From assembly GCA_963717525.1 (NCBI GenBank), contig OY970343.1:1248001-1312000 (forward strand): a DNA stretch of 64,000 nucleotides, read 5' to 3'. The notes under the pieces were generated by a model. It saw nothing but the letters and a program-made list of their open reading frames with translations. It was not told the DNA's origin and did no database searches. Shown here one piece after another: positions 12,086-23,573 of the stretch (positions within the stretch are counted from its first letter, which is position 1; every line of letters begins with the position of its first letter). The DNA comes from an uncultured Methanoregulaceae archaeon. GTDB lineage: Archaea; Halobacteriota; Methanomicrobia; Methanomicrobiales; Methanospirillaceae. The translations under genes and the position numbers were made by a program.

Positions 12086-13806
12086 ATGAGTGATGTTTTT
12101 GAGAATGTAATGGATCTGGCCAAACGCCGGGGCTTTATCTGGCCTACCTCGGAGTGTTACGGGGCGGTGGCCGGTTTTATCGATTATGGCCCGCTCGGCG
12201 CCATGATGAAGCGGAGAATCGAGAATATCTGGCGGCAGTTTTACGTCGTACAGGAAGGGTATTACGAGATCGAGTGCCCGACGATTGCACAGGAAGCGGT
12301 CTTTATCGCATCCGGCCATGTCAAGGGATTTTCTGACAAGATGTGCCAGTGCCCGCACTGCAAAGAATACCTCCGGGCCGATCACGTAGCAGACGGCGGC
12401 GGAGTGTGCGGGGCGACGACGATGGATAACGCAACACTCGCCAGTGCAATTGCGGTGTGCACATGTCCCGCCTGCGGTGAAGTGCTCGGGAATGTCGAAG
12501 TCTATAATTTCAACCTGATGTTCTCGACCACGATCGGCCCCGGTTCGCAGCGGGTCGGCTACCTGCGCCCCGAGACAGCACAGGGGATGTTCGTAGACTT
12601 TGCAAGGCTTCTGCGGTTCTACCGGGACAAGCTCCCCTTTGGCGCAGTGCAGATCGGCAAGTCCTACCGGAACGAGATCTCGCCACGGCAGGGCATGATC
12701 CGGCTCCGTGAATTCACGCAGGCGGAGGCCGAGATCTTTGTCCACCCGGATGAGAAGAACCTTCACCCGGCATTCAAACGGTACGCAAACTACCGGATGC
12801 CTCTTCTGACGTACATCCACCAGCAGAAATGTGAACCTGCGGTAGAAATGTCGATGCGGGAAGCAGTGGATAAAGGTGTCATTGCCAACGAGTATGTTGC
12901 CTACTACGTCGCTCTCACCCATGAACTGCTGGTCACGGTCGGGATACGGCCGGACCGCTCCGGTTCCGCCAGCATCTTCCCGACGAACGGGCGCACTACG
13001 CGACCGACTGCTGGGACGCGGAGGTGTACTCGGAGCGCTTCGGCTGGGTCGAGACCGTCGGGATTGCCGACCGGACGAATTATGACCTTAACGCCCATGC
13101 ACAGCAGAGCGGGACCTCAATGACGGTGTTCATCCAGTACGACACGCCAAAGAAGATCCAGCGCCGGCGCATCATCCCGAACATGGGTGTGCTCGGCAAA
13201 AAGTACCGGCAAAAAGCCAAGGCCATTTTTGCCGCCCTCGAAACCGCGACGCCGACGGCAGAAGGGGCAGATGTCACCGTAGACGGCGAGACTATCCATA
13301 TCCCGGCTGATCTTTTCGAGGTCCGCGACGAGGTTGTTGATATCAGGGGCGAGGAGATCGTGCCCCACGTGATCGAACCTTCGTACGGTATAGACCGTAT
13401 GTGTTACGCGGTGCTCGAACAGGCCTATGACGAGGACACTGCTGACGGCGAGAAACGCACGGTGCTCCGGCTCTCCCCGGGAGTCGCTCCGGTGCAGGTC
13501 GCGGTCTTCCCGCTCATGGCCCGCGATGGCCTTGACACCCTGTCGGGAGAGATCACCACCACGCTCCAGAAGCAGGGCATCCTCGCGGAGTATGACGATT
13601 CCGGTGCCATCGGCCGCCGCTACCGCCGGGAGGACGAGATCGGCACACCCTTTGCGATCACCGTCGATTACGAGACAAAAGAAACAAACACGGTTACTCT
13701 CAGGGAACGGGACAGCATGAAACAGGTGAGGATCGCCATCGACCGGCTCCCTGCGATCATCCCGGCACTGGTAAACGGGACTGTGACGTTTGCAACGCTC
13801 GGGTGA
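12086..13806 (+). CDS. glyS: Glycyl-tRNA synthetase, archaeal/eukaryotic dimeric type (frameshift ~12957)
   Basis: DYGPLG, YLRPETAQG, YRNEISPR..RLREFTQAE, EPSYGIDR, IGRRYRREDEIGTPF; ORFs 12086..13123 and 13024..13806. Confidence 0.97.
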
Positions 13807-13852
13807 ACCCGTTTTTTTATTGTTCCCCTTTTTTCAAAGGAATCCCCCATGA

Positions 13853-14000
13853 GAGATAATGCCTCTTTTCCCCGTGTACGATGCCTGCCGCCGTCCCGAA
13901 GGGCGCCCCGCGGCGGCCCTCAATTACCAAATGAGCTTCCCGGTAATCTGCCCCTCCGTGCCCCGTGAGAGGCCCTGAGGCGGGGAACCCTCATTATCTC
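13853..14000. repeat. GC-rich intergenic hairpin element
   Basis: GAGATAATG (13853-61) and CATTATCTC (13992-14000) form a perfect IR, with inner TTCCCCG/CGGGGAA arms. Confidence 0.5.
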
Positions 14001-14101
14001 CAGCTTGCACGAACAAAATCTTCATGAAATCCGATTATCTATTCCTCTCCTCATCACCCCTCTCTATATTACCCGGGCACACCAAACCTCTCACCGGATA
14101 C

Positions 14102-16338
14102 ATGACCTGCATCAGCCACCCCCTCATCCGTCCCGACAGCATCGAGTCGCGGGAGTACCAGCTTGCGATCGCGATGAAGGCTCTGGATGCCAACACGATG
14201 GTGATCCTCCCGACGGGTCTCGGGAAAACTGCCATAGCCCTGCTCGTTGCCGCATCCCGTCTCTACAACGAAGGGGGGAGGGTGCTGATGCTTGCCCCCA
14301 CGAAACCGCTCGTGGAGCAGCACCTCCGTTTTTTCGAGAAGTTCCTGATTGCAAAAAGCCCTGCAGGTTCTGAAGAATCCCCGTTTGCTATGTTCACCGG
14401 GGATGCCCCTCCCGCGGAACGCACTGCAGACTGGGAAAGGGCACAGGTGATCTTCGCGACCCCACAAGTGGTGAAAAACGATCTCATTGCGGGTCGCTAT
14501 ACGTTGCGGGACGTGACCCTCCTGATTGTCGACGAATGCCACCGTGCGGTCGGAAATTACGCGTATGTCTTTCTTGCCCGGCGGTACCACGATACCGCTG
14601 ATAAACCCCTGCTCCTTGCCATGACCGCATCGCCAGGAGGGGCACAGGAGAAAGTCCAGGATGTATGCGCAAACCTCGGCATCGCCCAGATCGAGAACAG
14701 GACCGAGAGCGACCCGGATGTCAGCCCCTATGTTTACGAGCGCGACATCGAAATATACCCGATCGATCTGCCCGCAGAACTCAAGGAATCCATCCATACT
14801 ATTCATACCCTTATCGATGACCGGCTGGGGCTCCTTGCCTCGCTTGGCTTTGCGGTCCCGAAAAGAGATCGCCTCTCGATGAAGGAACTCAATATTATCA
14901 ATGCCCAGATCCAGCAGCGGATCCAGAACCGCGATCCGGCGGGATACTCGGCTGCCTCGGTCTACGCGGAATGCCTCAAGCTCAAGCATGCCGTTACCCT
15001 TGCCGAATCCCAGGGAAGCGAGGTGTTTCGCGGTTATATCGCAAAACTGGTCGCTGAAGGGACAGGGCCGGGGGGAGCAAGGCCAGCCAGCGGCTGAGCA
15101 AGGACCCGGGCTTCCGGGTACTTTATGATAAGACGCTTGGCTGGACCGGGGAGCTCCATCCCAAACCTGCCATCGTCCTTGGTATCGTAAAAGAGCAACT
15201 CGAGTGCCATCCCGACAGCCGCATCATCATCTTTGCCACCTTCAGGGATACCGTGCAGCTTCTCGTAGACTACCTTTCCAGGAACGGGATAGCCTGCGAA
15301 CGGTTTGTGGGCCAGGCAACCAAGGACGCAGAGAAAGGGCTCTCGCAGAAAAAGCAGATCGCTGCCCTCACCCGCTTCCGGGATGGGGAGTTCAAAGTAC
15401 TTATTGCGACATCCGTCGGGGAGGAGGGTCTTGACGTCCCCTCCACCGACATGGTGATCTTCTATGAGCCGGTACCGTCAGAGATCCGTTCCATCCAGCG
15501 AAAGGGAAGGACCGGCCGATCTGCCGCCGGAAGGGTCATCGTGCTCGTGACAAAAGGCACATCAGACGACGTATACCGGTACGTGAGCCAGTCCAAGGAA
15601 CGCCGGATGCAAAAAAATATGCAGCAGATGAGAGGGCATGCAATCTCACCCCCGCAACCTGTGGAGGCAGGCCAGGCGCTTATCGAGGAGTTTACTCCGC
15701 AGGGCCCGGCGATACGGATCGATGACCGCGAGACCTCCTCGAAGGTTGTCGAGGAACTGTCCGGGATGGGGGCGGCTATCCGGCTCGAACGCCTTCCCCG
15801 GGGGGACTATGCGATCGGCGACCGCATCCTGGTCGAACGCAAGACCGCCCGGGACTTTGTCGATACCCTAATCAACCGCGACCTTCTCGGGCAGGCAAAG
15901 GCGCTCGCGGATGCAGTGCCCCGGCCGGTCATAATGATCGAGGGCGGCGATATCTATACCCAGCGGGACATGAACCCGAATGCGCTCCGAGGGGTGCTTG
16001 CTGCGCTCACCATCGATATGGGCATTTCGCTCCTCTTTACAAAAGACGAGCAGGAGACCGCACAGATGCTCTTTGTGCTCGCGAAGCGTGAGGAGGGCGA
16101 GCGGGGGGAGCGCAAGTTCCACCCTCATAAATCGTTTAAATCGATTAAGGAAGAGCAGGAATACATCATATCCGCGTTTCCCGATATCGGCATGAAAAAC
16201 GCAAGGCTCCTCCTCGGGCATTTCGGATCCGTGGAGGCAATTGTTAACGCGGAGATCACGGAACTTGCCGCAGTCAAAGGTATCGGGGAGAAAACGGCAC
16301 AAAAAATTTACGAGACCTGCCGCCGGCCTTACATCTGA
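14102..16338 (+). CDS. hef: Hef helicase/ERCC4 nuclease (FANCM homologue) (frameshift ~15075)
   Basis: PTGLGKT, DECH, MTASPG, EEGLD, QRKGRTGR, nuclease GDY...VERK, C-terminal HhH; missing G in a G run. Confidence 0.95.
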
Positions 16339-16739
16339 CGCAGGTTGAGGAGCGCTTCTGTCCCGATCTTTACGGCATCCATGAACGCGAGGCAGCGGTC
16401 GGGATCGTCATCGTTTTTGATGCGCTGGCAGAGTATGAGGATCGTGCCGGAGAGTTCTCGGGAGAGCATTTCCGCTTCGGGAGAGCGAGACACTGATGGA
16501 GCCGGGGGAGCCCGGAATGCAGGCTCACCCTTCACCGGCGGGGCTTCGCTGGCAGGAACCGTGGACGGGGATGCTGGCGTCGCCACTGCTACGGGCTTTT
16601 TCTCAGCGCAGACCACGCAGAAGGTCTTTTTTTTATACTCAAAGAGCGGGCAACCGCAGGCGGGGCAGGACTTTTCGAGCATCTTCCCTCCCTTGAGAAG
16701 ATACTCGGCCATGATCTCGTCGTCTTTCCTTTCGGGCAT
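16329..16739 (-). CDS. UPF0148 / Sjogren-scleroderma autoantigen 1 family Zn-ribbon protein
   Basis: [24 protein letters not shown]...FCVVC. Confidence 0.88.
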   Translation of the reverse strand: MPERKDDEIMAEYLLKGGKMLEKSCPACGCPLFEYKKKTFCVVCAEKKPVAVATPASPSTVPASEAPPVKGEPAFRAPPAPSVSRSPEAEMLSRELSGTILILCQRIKNDDDPDRCLAFMDAVKIGTEALLNLRQM

Positions 16740-16816
16740 ACTTCACTGTCTGGTTAATATTCAAACTATATATGCGAGTTCTACGTATTAACTACAGGTA
16801 CGCGGTAGGTGATACC

Positions 16817-17080
16817 ATGCCAAATCCCGAAAAAACAATGGAAAACTGTATCCTGATGCTGCAGCACATCCAGGAGGACAGCACAATTCCCCGGAACATA
16901 CGGCGCGTTGCTGATGAGACCCGGACGCTGCTCTCCAACAACGCCAAGGCGATGGGCCTGCGCGCTGCAGAAGCAATCTCAAAAATTGATGAAATCTCAA
17001 ACGATCCCAACATGCCCATCCATGCACGGACACGGATATGGGAGCTGGTATCCCAACTCGAGACCATTCCGCTGGACTAG
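16817..17080 (+). CDS. UPF0147 family protein
   Basis: [10 protein letters not shown]...[33 protein letters not shown] upstream. Confidence 0.92.
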   Translation: MPNPEKTMENCILMLQHIQEDSTIPRNIRRVADETRTLLSNNAKAMGLRAAEAISKIDEISNDPNMPIHARTRIWELVSQLETIPLD

Positions 17081-17368
17081 TCCTGCCGGAGTCATTTTCA
17101 CCCGTTTCTTACTACCCTTTTCTTTTTTCGGCACATCACCTTTCTTTTACCAGAAGAGGGGTCTTATCCACCGGTAGATACGTTCAGCCCTGTTTTTCTG
17201 CAGGGCAAAAGAACCGGGCCTCAATTGGTAAAAATTGATCTAGTCTTTAGCGGTAACATGAAAACACTTCGTTGTGCCCGAGTTGGTACCAAAAGGCAGG
17301 ATGCTTACCGGAAAAATAAAAAATAAAGATTTTTTCCCTGGAACTGGCCGGATACGCGGGAAAAACAC

Positions 17369-17866
17369 TTATGAGATGGTATGGGAAACGGAGGGGATAC
17401 TTATCTGGTCATTGAAGCTGGCCTGGTACCCGTCCGGGAAGGTGATGGTCGTTGTCTGTGGAGCAAAATCTGCAGATATAAACGAGGCATACCACTCATT
17501 CCTCATCTCCTGCTGGGCATTGGCAAACGAGAAGGGAGGTGTGGTTATGATAGTTGAACTCCCGGACTGAGTAACCGTGGCAAAGGAGGGGATGATCACA
17601 TCTGCCGATGACATATCTGCACTGACGACCGTGACCGGCCGGTTAAGGTTGTTCTGCAGGGCATTCTGGAGCTCGGCTGATGGGTCGGCCGCATGGAAAA
17701 AGATCGCTGCCTGTTCCACAAACGAGAGGTCGTACTGCATATCAGCCTGTGCATCCCCGTTCCCGTTCAGGGTGATGGTAAGCGTCTTTGCGGTGAAAGC
17801 CTGTGCCGGCATGACCGCGAGTAAGACAACAAGGATGCATCCCATAAGAAGATAACTAAGTTTCAT
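17369..17866 (-). CDS. Secreted hypothetical protein
   Basis: Signal peptide MKLSYLL...PAQA; 165-aa ORF. Confidence 0.7.
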   Translation of the reverse strand: MKLSYLLMGCILVVLLAVMPAQAFTAKTLTITLNGNGDAQADMQYDLSFVEQAAIFFHAADPSAELQNALQNNLNRPVTVVSADMSSADVIIPSFATVTQSGSSTIITTPPFSFANAQQEMRNEWYASFISADFAPQTTTITFPDGYQASFNDQISIPSVSHTIS

Positions 17867-18061
17867 ACGGTGTCAAGTTTACATTACAATTTTAGCTATA
17901 AAGGGTTGTTGCCTGCTATATCACACCGGAGATATTATACCCAGAGGCAGGAGCCATTTTTCCCCTTGATTAGGTAAGCTTCAGCAATCTAACTGTAAGG
18001 TGTGTGCCGGAAAAAGGGTATATTGGTACATGGGGAATTCACGATCTATGAGAGCCGGCGT

Positions 18062-19054
18062 TCAGATTGATTCCGCGATCTTTACCAGTTCATCGAAGTG
18101 TTTGCTCTTCTTGAAAAGCCACCAGGTGAACCGCTCGACGACCGTAAAAGAGAAACTCCCCCCCGCCGCGTTCGGGTGCCCCCCACCTCCGAACTCCCGG
18201 GCGATCAGGTGACTGACCGGCGGCACTGACCTGATGGAGAACTTCCCGTCTTTCCCGATGATCACCTCGATCTCGGTATCCCTCGCCTTCCGGATGAAAT
18301 GCGCAGTCTCGCTCGGGTACCCGTAGAGCGGGGCAAAGACAATCCGGTACTTTTTTCCGCGGAAGGTCGCGTGGGCCAGGCTGTTCTCCATCATTGCCCC
18401 CATCTCGGCCGTGATCTCCGCGTTCTCGGCCTCGATGAGGGGATCGGAAAAAACTCCCGTCACAAGGCAGTCGCGGACATGCTCCCGGTTTTTCTTTCTC
18501 TGGAGCACCTGCCCCAGAACCGCAGACCGGGGATCGGCATGCTTCCAGAGGTCATAATCGCAAACTACCCGGGCAACCTCGGCTGCTACCGGGTCCTCCG
18601 GTACAAGATCCCGGGCAACGATCCCGGTCGCACAGACACCAGTATCGATATGGAGGAGGGTGACCTCTTTTTTGATCCCTGTGATCTCCTCCTCACGCCA
18701 GCGGTGGTGATCCCGCCACTCGATCACCCAGCCATTCGACCGCGCCTTTGCCGCCACGGTTCCTGCGTCCCGGTGGAATCCGAGGTCCGATATCGAGAGC
18801 AGATCGCCTTTGCCGGGACAGGACGCAATCAGGGAGAAAAGGCCGGGAAATTTCCCTACCGAGCTCCAGACAGTAAACACGCCGGCTTTCCCGAACTTTA
18901 TCCGGTGGATCGCGTCGGCCCCCACGGCATCGAGGTCATTGTGGGTCAGGTGGACGACGTGGGCGGTGCGCGATGCAACGGCACGTGAAAGACCGGCATC
19001 ATCCTCGGACGTGGGCAGGCGGGGCATCCGGTTAATACTGGCATGGCGGGACAT
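18062..19054 (-). CDS. DHH/DHHA1 family phosphoesterase
   Basis: THNDLDA, DLG, WRDHH, DYDLW, FSIRS, FGGGGHPNAAG. Confidence 0.93.
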   Translation of the reverse strand: MSRHASINRMPRLPTSEDDAGLSRAVASRTAHVVHLTHNDLDAVGADAIHRIKFGKAGVFTVWSSVGKFPGLFSLIASCPGKGDLLSISDLGFHRDAGTVAAKARSNGWVIEWRDHHRWREEEITGIKKEVTLLHIDTGVCATGIVARDLVPEDPVAAEVARVVCDYDLWKHADPRSAVLGQVLQRKKNREHVRDCLVTGVFSDPLIEAENAEITAEMGAMMENSLAHATFRGKKYRIVFAPLYGYPSETAHFIRKARDTEIEVIIGKDGKFSIRSVPPVSHLIAREFGGGGHPNAAGGSFSFTVVERFTWWLFKKSKHFDELVKIAESI

Positions 19055-19097
19055 AAATAAGAGATGTCAGGGAGTCATTCCCCCTCACCGGGCGTAT

Positions 19098-19110
19098 CAT
19101 TTATTAAGCC
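19098..19110 (+). promoter_or_regulatory. Probable TATA box of the tRNA-Phe gene
   Basis: TTTATTAAG about 30 bp upstream of the tRNA. Confidence 0.5.
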
Positions 19111-19133
19111 CAAATGACAACATTTATACTCCT

Positions 19134-19207
19134 GCCCTAGTAGCTCAGACTGGGAGAGCGCCAGACTGAAGATCTGGTTGTCCCCGGTTCAAATCCGGGC
19201 TGGGGCA
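19134..19207 (+). tRNA. tRNA-Phe(GAA), no intron, CCA not encoded
   Basis: GCCCTAG/CTGGGGC acceptor stem, CCAGA-CTGAAGA-TCTGG anticodon arm, GGTTCAAATCC T-loop. Confidence 0.97.
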
Positions 19208-19663
19208 TTCGGACAAAGGGTTACATTCTAATTCTAATTTCGGGCTTAATTTGCCCGTATTTTCCCTTTGGCTTTTACGCATAAAAACTGATCTCTGATA
19301 TTCCGCTCATCGTCGAGCGGGTCATTTTCCTATGATGAGTGCGAAAGATCCTATATGCCTCAAAACAGGGGTTCTTTTCATACGCCACATACTTTTACCC
19401 ATCGATGGGAACTTTTGCCAATAGAACGCGATGGCGAACCTTCTCTCTATATTCCATGGGTATCCTGATGGCACGGGCCTAATGGTTTGCCGGAACAGCC
19501 GGTCCCCGCGTGGTTGGTGTTCCGGGAGGGTTTGCTGTATACGGACTGAACGGTCTAAACAGTGTGAACAACCGTTTTCAGAAGTGAACGAATCGGAAAA
19601 TAGGCCGGGCTGGATACCTTTATTGGCTCGGAAAAATAATTGCCCCATAACGAAGATGAGAGA

Positions 19664-19900
19664 ATGAGCCTTGTTTCCTTTTGCGGGAAGGTAGCGGCGG
19701 GAGTCTCTGTTCTAATTGTGCTCGCAGTTATTGGCCTACTGGTCCTTGCCGTGGTCCTGATAGGTGTTGGAGCTTATGAATCGGCAACAAACCCTCACAT
19801 CACCCAGCAGACAGCGCAGGAGTACCAGCAATTACAGGAGAATATCAGCCATGCGCGGGCAGGGATCTCCGGTGCTGTGGGTAATGTGACGGGGGGTTGA
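19664..19900 (+). CDS. Small membrane protein, hypothetical
   Basis: 78 aa with a long hydrophobic segment. Confidence 0.5.
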   Translation: MSLVSFCGKVAAGVSVLIVLAVIGLLVLAVVLIGVGAYESATNPHITQQTAQEYQQLQENISHARAGISGAVGNVTGG

Positions 19901-19910
19901 ATCGGTTCAC

Positions 19911-19989
19911 GATTCTAATAAGTTGATGGTTAGTATGGAATTGTTAATGTTGTAAAAAATCGGTTACCAAACGCTTTCTTATCAGACTC
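19911..19989. repeat. 79-bp hairpin element (degenerate member of the 80-bp family)
   Basis: GATTCTAATAAG ... CTTATCAGACTC, 10/12 IR. Confidence 0.45.
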
Positions 19990-20015
19990 GTATATTTCAA
20001 AAACATCGCGATCAT

Positions 20016-22175
20016 TTAAAACGGTGAAAGATGAGTGTCGATATATTTTTTGGCAAATTCGGCAACCAACAGGTTTCTCGACAAATAACGATCATATTTC
20101 TCATTGGAAATATTCTGAATCTTCGCTGCAATCTCTTCGGCGGAGGGACAATTTTCAAGAAGCGAGTGATAGATATCCTGAATTTGTGAGGGGGATACCC
20201 CCTTGAATTTTAATGCGATCTCTAGATCCTCTACATCCAATCCGCCGAATGCTTTCCCAAGAATATAGAGGGACCGGTGTTTTGCAGATCCGGTCCAGGT
20301 AAACCAGTACGTATTGGGCCCATCGATCACAAATGAACCTGTTGCAAGTCCCGCCTCCAGAGCGGCAGCCTGTGCCTCTTTCAGTATCAGTTTTGCATTT
20401 TCGTCAAGATACTCAGGGATATAATTGGATGTGAGCAGCTCTCGCATTTTCTCTCGTACCCTTGGGTGAATATCAGAACCAAGCCCCCCCGAATAATGGG
20501 AAGTTTTCCCCCCCTTCGAGGGTATGACATACATTTTCTCTTTTTTCAGATTTAGTTCAATAATTTCCCACCGTTTTCCAGCTAAAATCAGGAATTGACG
20601 AGTTTCAAGGTCTGGAACGAATTGGACACTCCCAATTTTTCGTCCCGCAGATATGACATCAAGTTCAATTGCCGAAACAAATGCCGAATAAAAATCAAAA
20701 TTTTTAACAATTTTTTCCCCTTTTAATCCCAGAATCACAAGTCCGGAGGAATCCTGATCAACCAGATCGGCAATTTTGAGCCCGTGTAATATCTGAATAA
20801 AATCCTCCTGAGTGACATTATGGAACGCACCATCACTAACAAGCGTATCAAAGAGATCCTGAACCGTTGCTCCTCCTCGTTCTTTGATAACGCTCAAAAT
20901 CTGTTGAATCAATGTGGAAAAATGAAAAAGATCCGTTTGTGGTGGTTCGCACCACTTCTGAAACAAAAGTTCGGACATCGCCAGAGCCCGAAGAAATTCG
21001 GGATATAATCTGTCAACAATATTCTCCGTTTTCTCGGGTTGAGAAATAAACATTATGAGGATTGAAGGATCACCCTCTTTACGTCCGCTTCTTCCCAGAC
21101 GTTGGGCTAATGAGTTCACCGACCAGGGAGCACCAATCTGTCCGATTCGGGATACTTTCCCGATATCAATTCCCATTTCCAATGCACTTGAACAAAATAC
21201 AGAGATGTGTGGATTTGATTTCAGGGAATTTTCCACAGTTTCACGTTCGGTTATTGAGAGTGAACCATGAAAAATTTTAATGTTTTCAGGGTTTCCATAT
21301 CTTTTTTCCACGGTTCTTTTAACTGCATCTGTATAGTATTCCAGCATTTGACGACTATTGATGAAGATTAGGGAATTTCCTTTATTTTGCTCATCAAAGT
21401 AATAGATAATATCTTCAATTAAAGAGGGATTTCGAGTTTTCTCATCTGCGCTGTCAGCATCCGGCTCATTATCTGGGAAATATCCTCGGATCAAATAACA
21501 GATATCCTTTTGTTCAATCGGATCTGTGATAAGCGAGACAGAGGAAGGATCTCGTGGGATTAACCACTGTTTTGCCAGTTCGGGATCGCCTATTGTTGCA
21601 GAAAGACCTACAATCCTCACATCTCCTTTACTTTTATGCATCGCCCTAGACAGCAGACTTTTGAGATGGGCTCCTCTTTCTGTTCCAATAAAGGAATGCA
21701 TCTCGTCAATAACAATAAATGAGAGAGATTTAAAAAGATTTGAAAGATCATCCGAGTGATTGATAAACAATGATTCGATGGATTCAGGCGTGATAAGAAG
21801 AACTCCTGACGGATTCTTCAGGAACTTCTTTTTTGGATCGGATCCAACATCACCGTGCCATTTGAAAACGGGGATTTCTGCGGTTTTGCATAATACTTCC
21901 AGACGTTCAAACTGATCATTGATCAAAGCTTTTAAGGGACCAACGTATATGGCAGAGATACCTCCATCATTTCTATCCACTATTTGCGAAAGGATAGGTA
22001 GAAATGCGGCTTCAGTTTTTCCTGATGCAGTTTGTGCAGATATAATCAGATTCTTGTTCGTGTTAAAAATTTCATGGATTGCATCTACCTGAATGGGCCT
22101 TAAGTCCACCCAACCCATTTTGTATAGGATATATTTCAACTTTGGATGAAGTTGTTCGGAAGCAGATTTTTCCAT
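20016..22175 (-). CDS. Lhr-like DEAD/DEAH-box helicase (Shango SngC-like)
   Basis: TASGKTEAAFLP, PLKALINDQ, TPES, DEMH, GLSAT, LEMGIDIG, QRLGRSGR; directly downstream of a DUF2791 ATPase. Confidence 0.9.
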   Translation of the reverse strand: MEKSASEQLHPKLKYILYKMGWVDLRPIQVDAIHEIFNTNKNLIISAQTASGKTEAAFLPILSQIVDRNDGGISAIYVGPLKALINDQFERLEVLCKTAEIPVFKWHGDVGSDPKKKFLKNPSGVLLITPESIESLFINHSDDLSNLFKSLSFIVIDEMHSFIGTERGAHLKSLLSRAMHKSKGDVRIVGLSATIGDPELAKQWLIPRDPSSVSLITDPIEQKDICYLIRGYFPDNEPDADSADEKTRNPSLIEDIIYYFDEQNKGNSLIFINSRQMLEYYTDAVKRTVEKRYGNPENIKIFHGSLSITERETVENSLKSNPHISVFCSSALEMGIDIGKVSRIGQIGAPWSVNSLAQRLGRSGRKEGDPSILIMFISQPEKTENIVDRLYPEFLRALAMSELLFQKWCEPPQTDLFHFSTLIQQILSVIKERGGATVQDLFDTLVSDGAFHNVTQEDFIQILHGLKIADLVDQDSSGLVILGLKGEKIVKNFDFYSAFVSAIELDVISAGRKIGSVQFVPDLETRQFLILAGKRWEIIELNLKKEKMYVIPSKGGKTSHYSGGLGSDIHPRVREKMRELLTSNYIPEYLDENAKLILKEAQAAALEAGLATGSFVIDGPNTYWFTWTGSAKHRSLYILGKAFGGLDVEDLEIALKFKGVSPSQIQDIYHSLLENCPSAEEIAAKIQNISNEKYDRYLSRNLLVAEFAKKYIDTHLSPF

Positions 22176-22191
22176 TTTTTTATCCTTTTAT

Positions 22192-23487
22192 TCATAATTT
22201 CAAATTTGCTAAGTCTCCGGTCGGATTTTTCTTGATTATTGAACTATCCTGCTTGAGTATGTCTTTCCATGACCTATCTGGGTGTGTTTCGAGAAGGGAG
22301 AGAAACTTCACAAAACTTTTTACAGTTTCGCGCGGGTTCATATAGAAATCAGATCCCAAAATTTTCGAGCACTCAGTCAGAAATGCCTTCATTCCTTCAT
22401 CAGTAACTAAATATTTTTCCGTGTCTCCATTGGCAAATACATCTCGGATATTTTCAAGGAGAAGATATGTGTCCTCTGGTGATAGGTTCCCCAATTTGAT
22501 AACAGGACTACGGGAATTTTTCAAATCCGGTGCGATCATCTTTTCAAGAGGGTTTTCTCGCAGTTTATAGTCAAGCGCGGGATAACTCGCAACACCATGA
22601 TGGCTGTCATCTAAAAAATCATCTGTGCCAGCAAAAATAAATCCTATACCACTGGTACTTCCCTGTATACAATCATTAAGTATGTCCAGTATTGTTTTGT
22701 AGTTCGAGTTCCTTGACTGGGCAACGTTCAAATGGTGGGATATGGCTCCCATCTCATCAAGAGTTACGAGAAAACCGGAATATCCTGCTTTCCGTACAAA
22801 TCGTGCCCATAATTTCAGATAATTATAGTAATTACTATCGTCGATAATTGTTCGAACTTTTAAATCCCGTTGTGCATCGGTCTTTGTTGGGTATTCTCCA
22901 TAGAGCCATCGAAGAGAAGCATCCATTAATTCGTCGTTGCCAGATTCAAATCCTTCGAAGTATTTAGTTAGAACCAATTCAAAATCATAACCATTGACAT
23001 AATTCTGAAGATCTTCCTTGAGGTCATTGTGAATCTGGGATAAGATCTGTTTGTTGTCTTTTCCCTCGCTTCGTAGTTTATAATCAACATCAGAAATATA
23101 TCGTTCAATGATGCTTTTGAGAGCACCACCATCAGGTCTTGCTTTTACCGACAAATTATGCATCAATTCCGAGTACAATGCCCGTGCCTTGCCTTGGGTT
23201 GAATATAAGAGATGTCCTTGGCTGATATCCGCATGAGCGACTACAAATTTTCTATCGAGTGCTACAATACGGGAAAGGGTAAGAAAGAAACTTTTTCCGG
23301 ACCCATAACGCCCAATAATGAACCGGATAGCTGTCCCGTCATCTTTAATTCTTTCCAAATCGGTTACGATGGCAGCAATTTCATCATCTCTTCCGACTTG
23401 TATGTGTTGTAGGCCGATTTTTGGAACGAGGCCCACAGAAAGAGACATGAGTATTGCATCCCTTTCCTTTGGTTTAATTTTCCCCAT
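22192..23487 (-). CDS. DUF2791/BrxD-like P-loop ATPase (Shango SngB-like)
   Basis: GLVPKIGLQHIQVGR, Walker A GRYGSGKS, Walker B LVTLDEM. Confidence 0.88.
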   Translation of the reverse strand: MGKIKPKERDAILMSLSVGLVPKIGLQHIQVGRDDEIAAIVTDLERIKDDGTAIRFIIGRYGSGKSFFLTLSRIVALDRKFVVAHADISQGHLLYSTQGKARALYSELMHNLSVKARPDGGALKSIIERYISDVDYKLRSEGKDNKQILSQIHNDLKEDLQNYVNGYDFELVLTKYFEGFESGNDELMDASLRWLYGEYPTKTDAQRDLKVRTIIDDSNYYNYLKLWARFVRKAGYSGFLVTLDEMGAISHHLNVAQSRNSNYKTILDILNDCIQGSTSGIGFIFAGTDDFLDDSHHGVASYPALDYKLRENPLEKMIAPDLKNSRSPVIKLGNLSPEDTYLLLENIRDVFANGDTEKYLVTDEGMKAFLTECSKILGSDFYMNPRETVKSFVKFLSLLETHPDRSWKDILKQDSSIIKKNPTGDLANLKL

Positions 23488-23573
23488 AATACCAACTGAA
23501 CTTTCAGAAAAGTCTCCCTAAATCTAGGGAGTACTTTTTATATTCAGACGTATCATGCTAAAGTATGGCCACA

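Noticed and set aside
19180..19207. attR duplicate of the tRNA-Phe 3' end
   Set aside because: No second copy found by eye in the window
19330..19400. C/D box sRNA suggested by ATGATGA
   Set aside because: No suitably placed CTGA D box or terminal stem
20016..23487. BREX system call
   Set aside because: No pglX, pglZ or other brx genes; the gene pair and motifs fit Shango better
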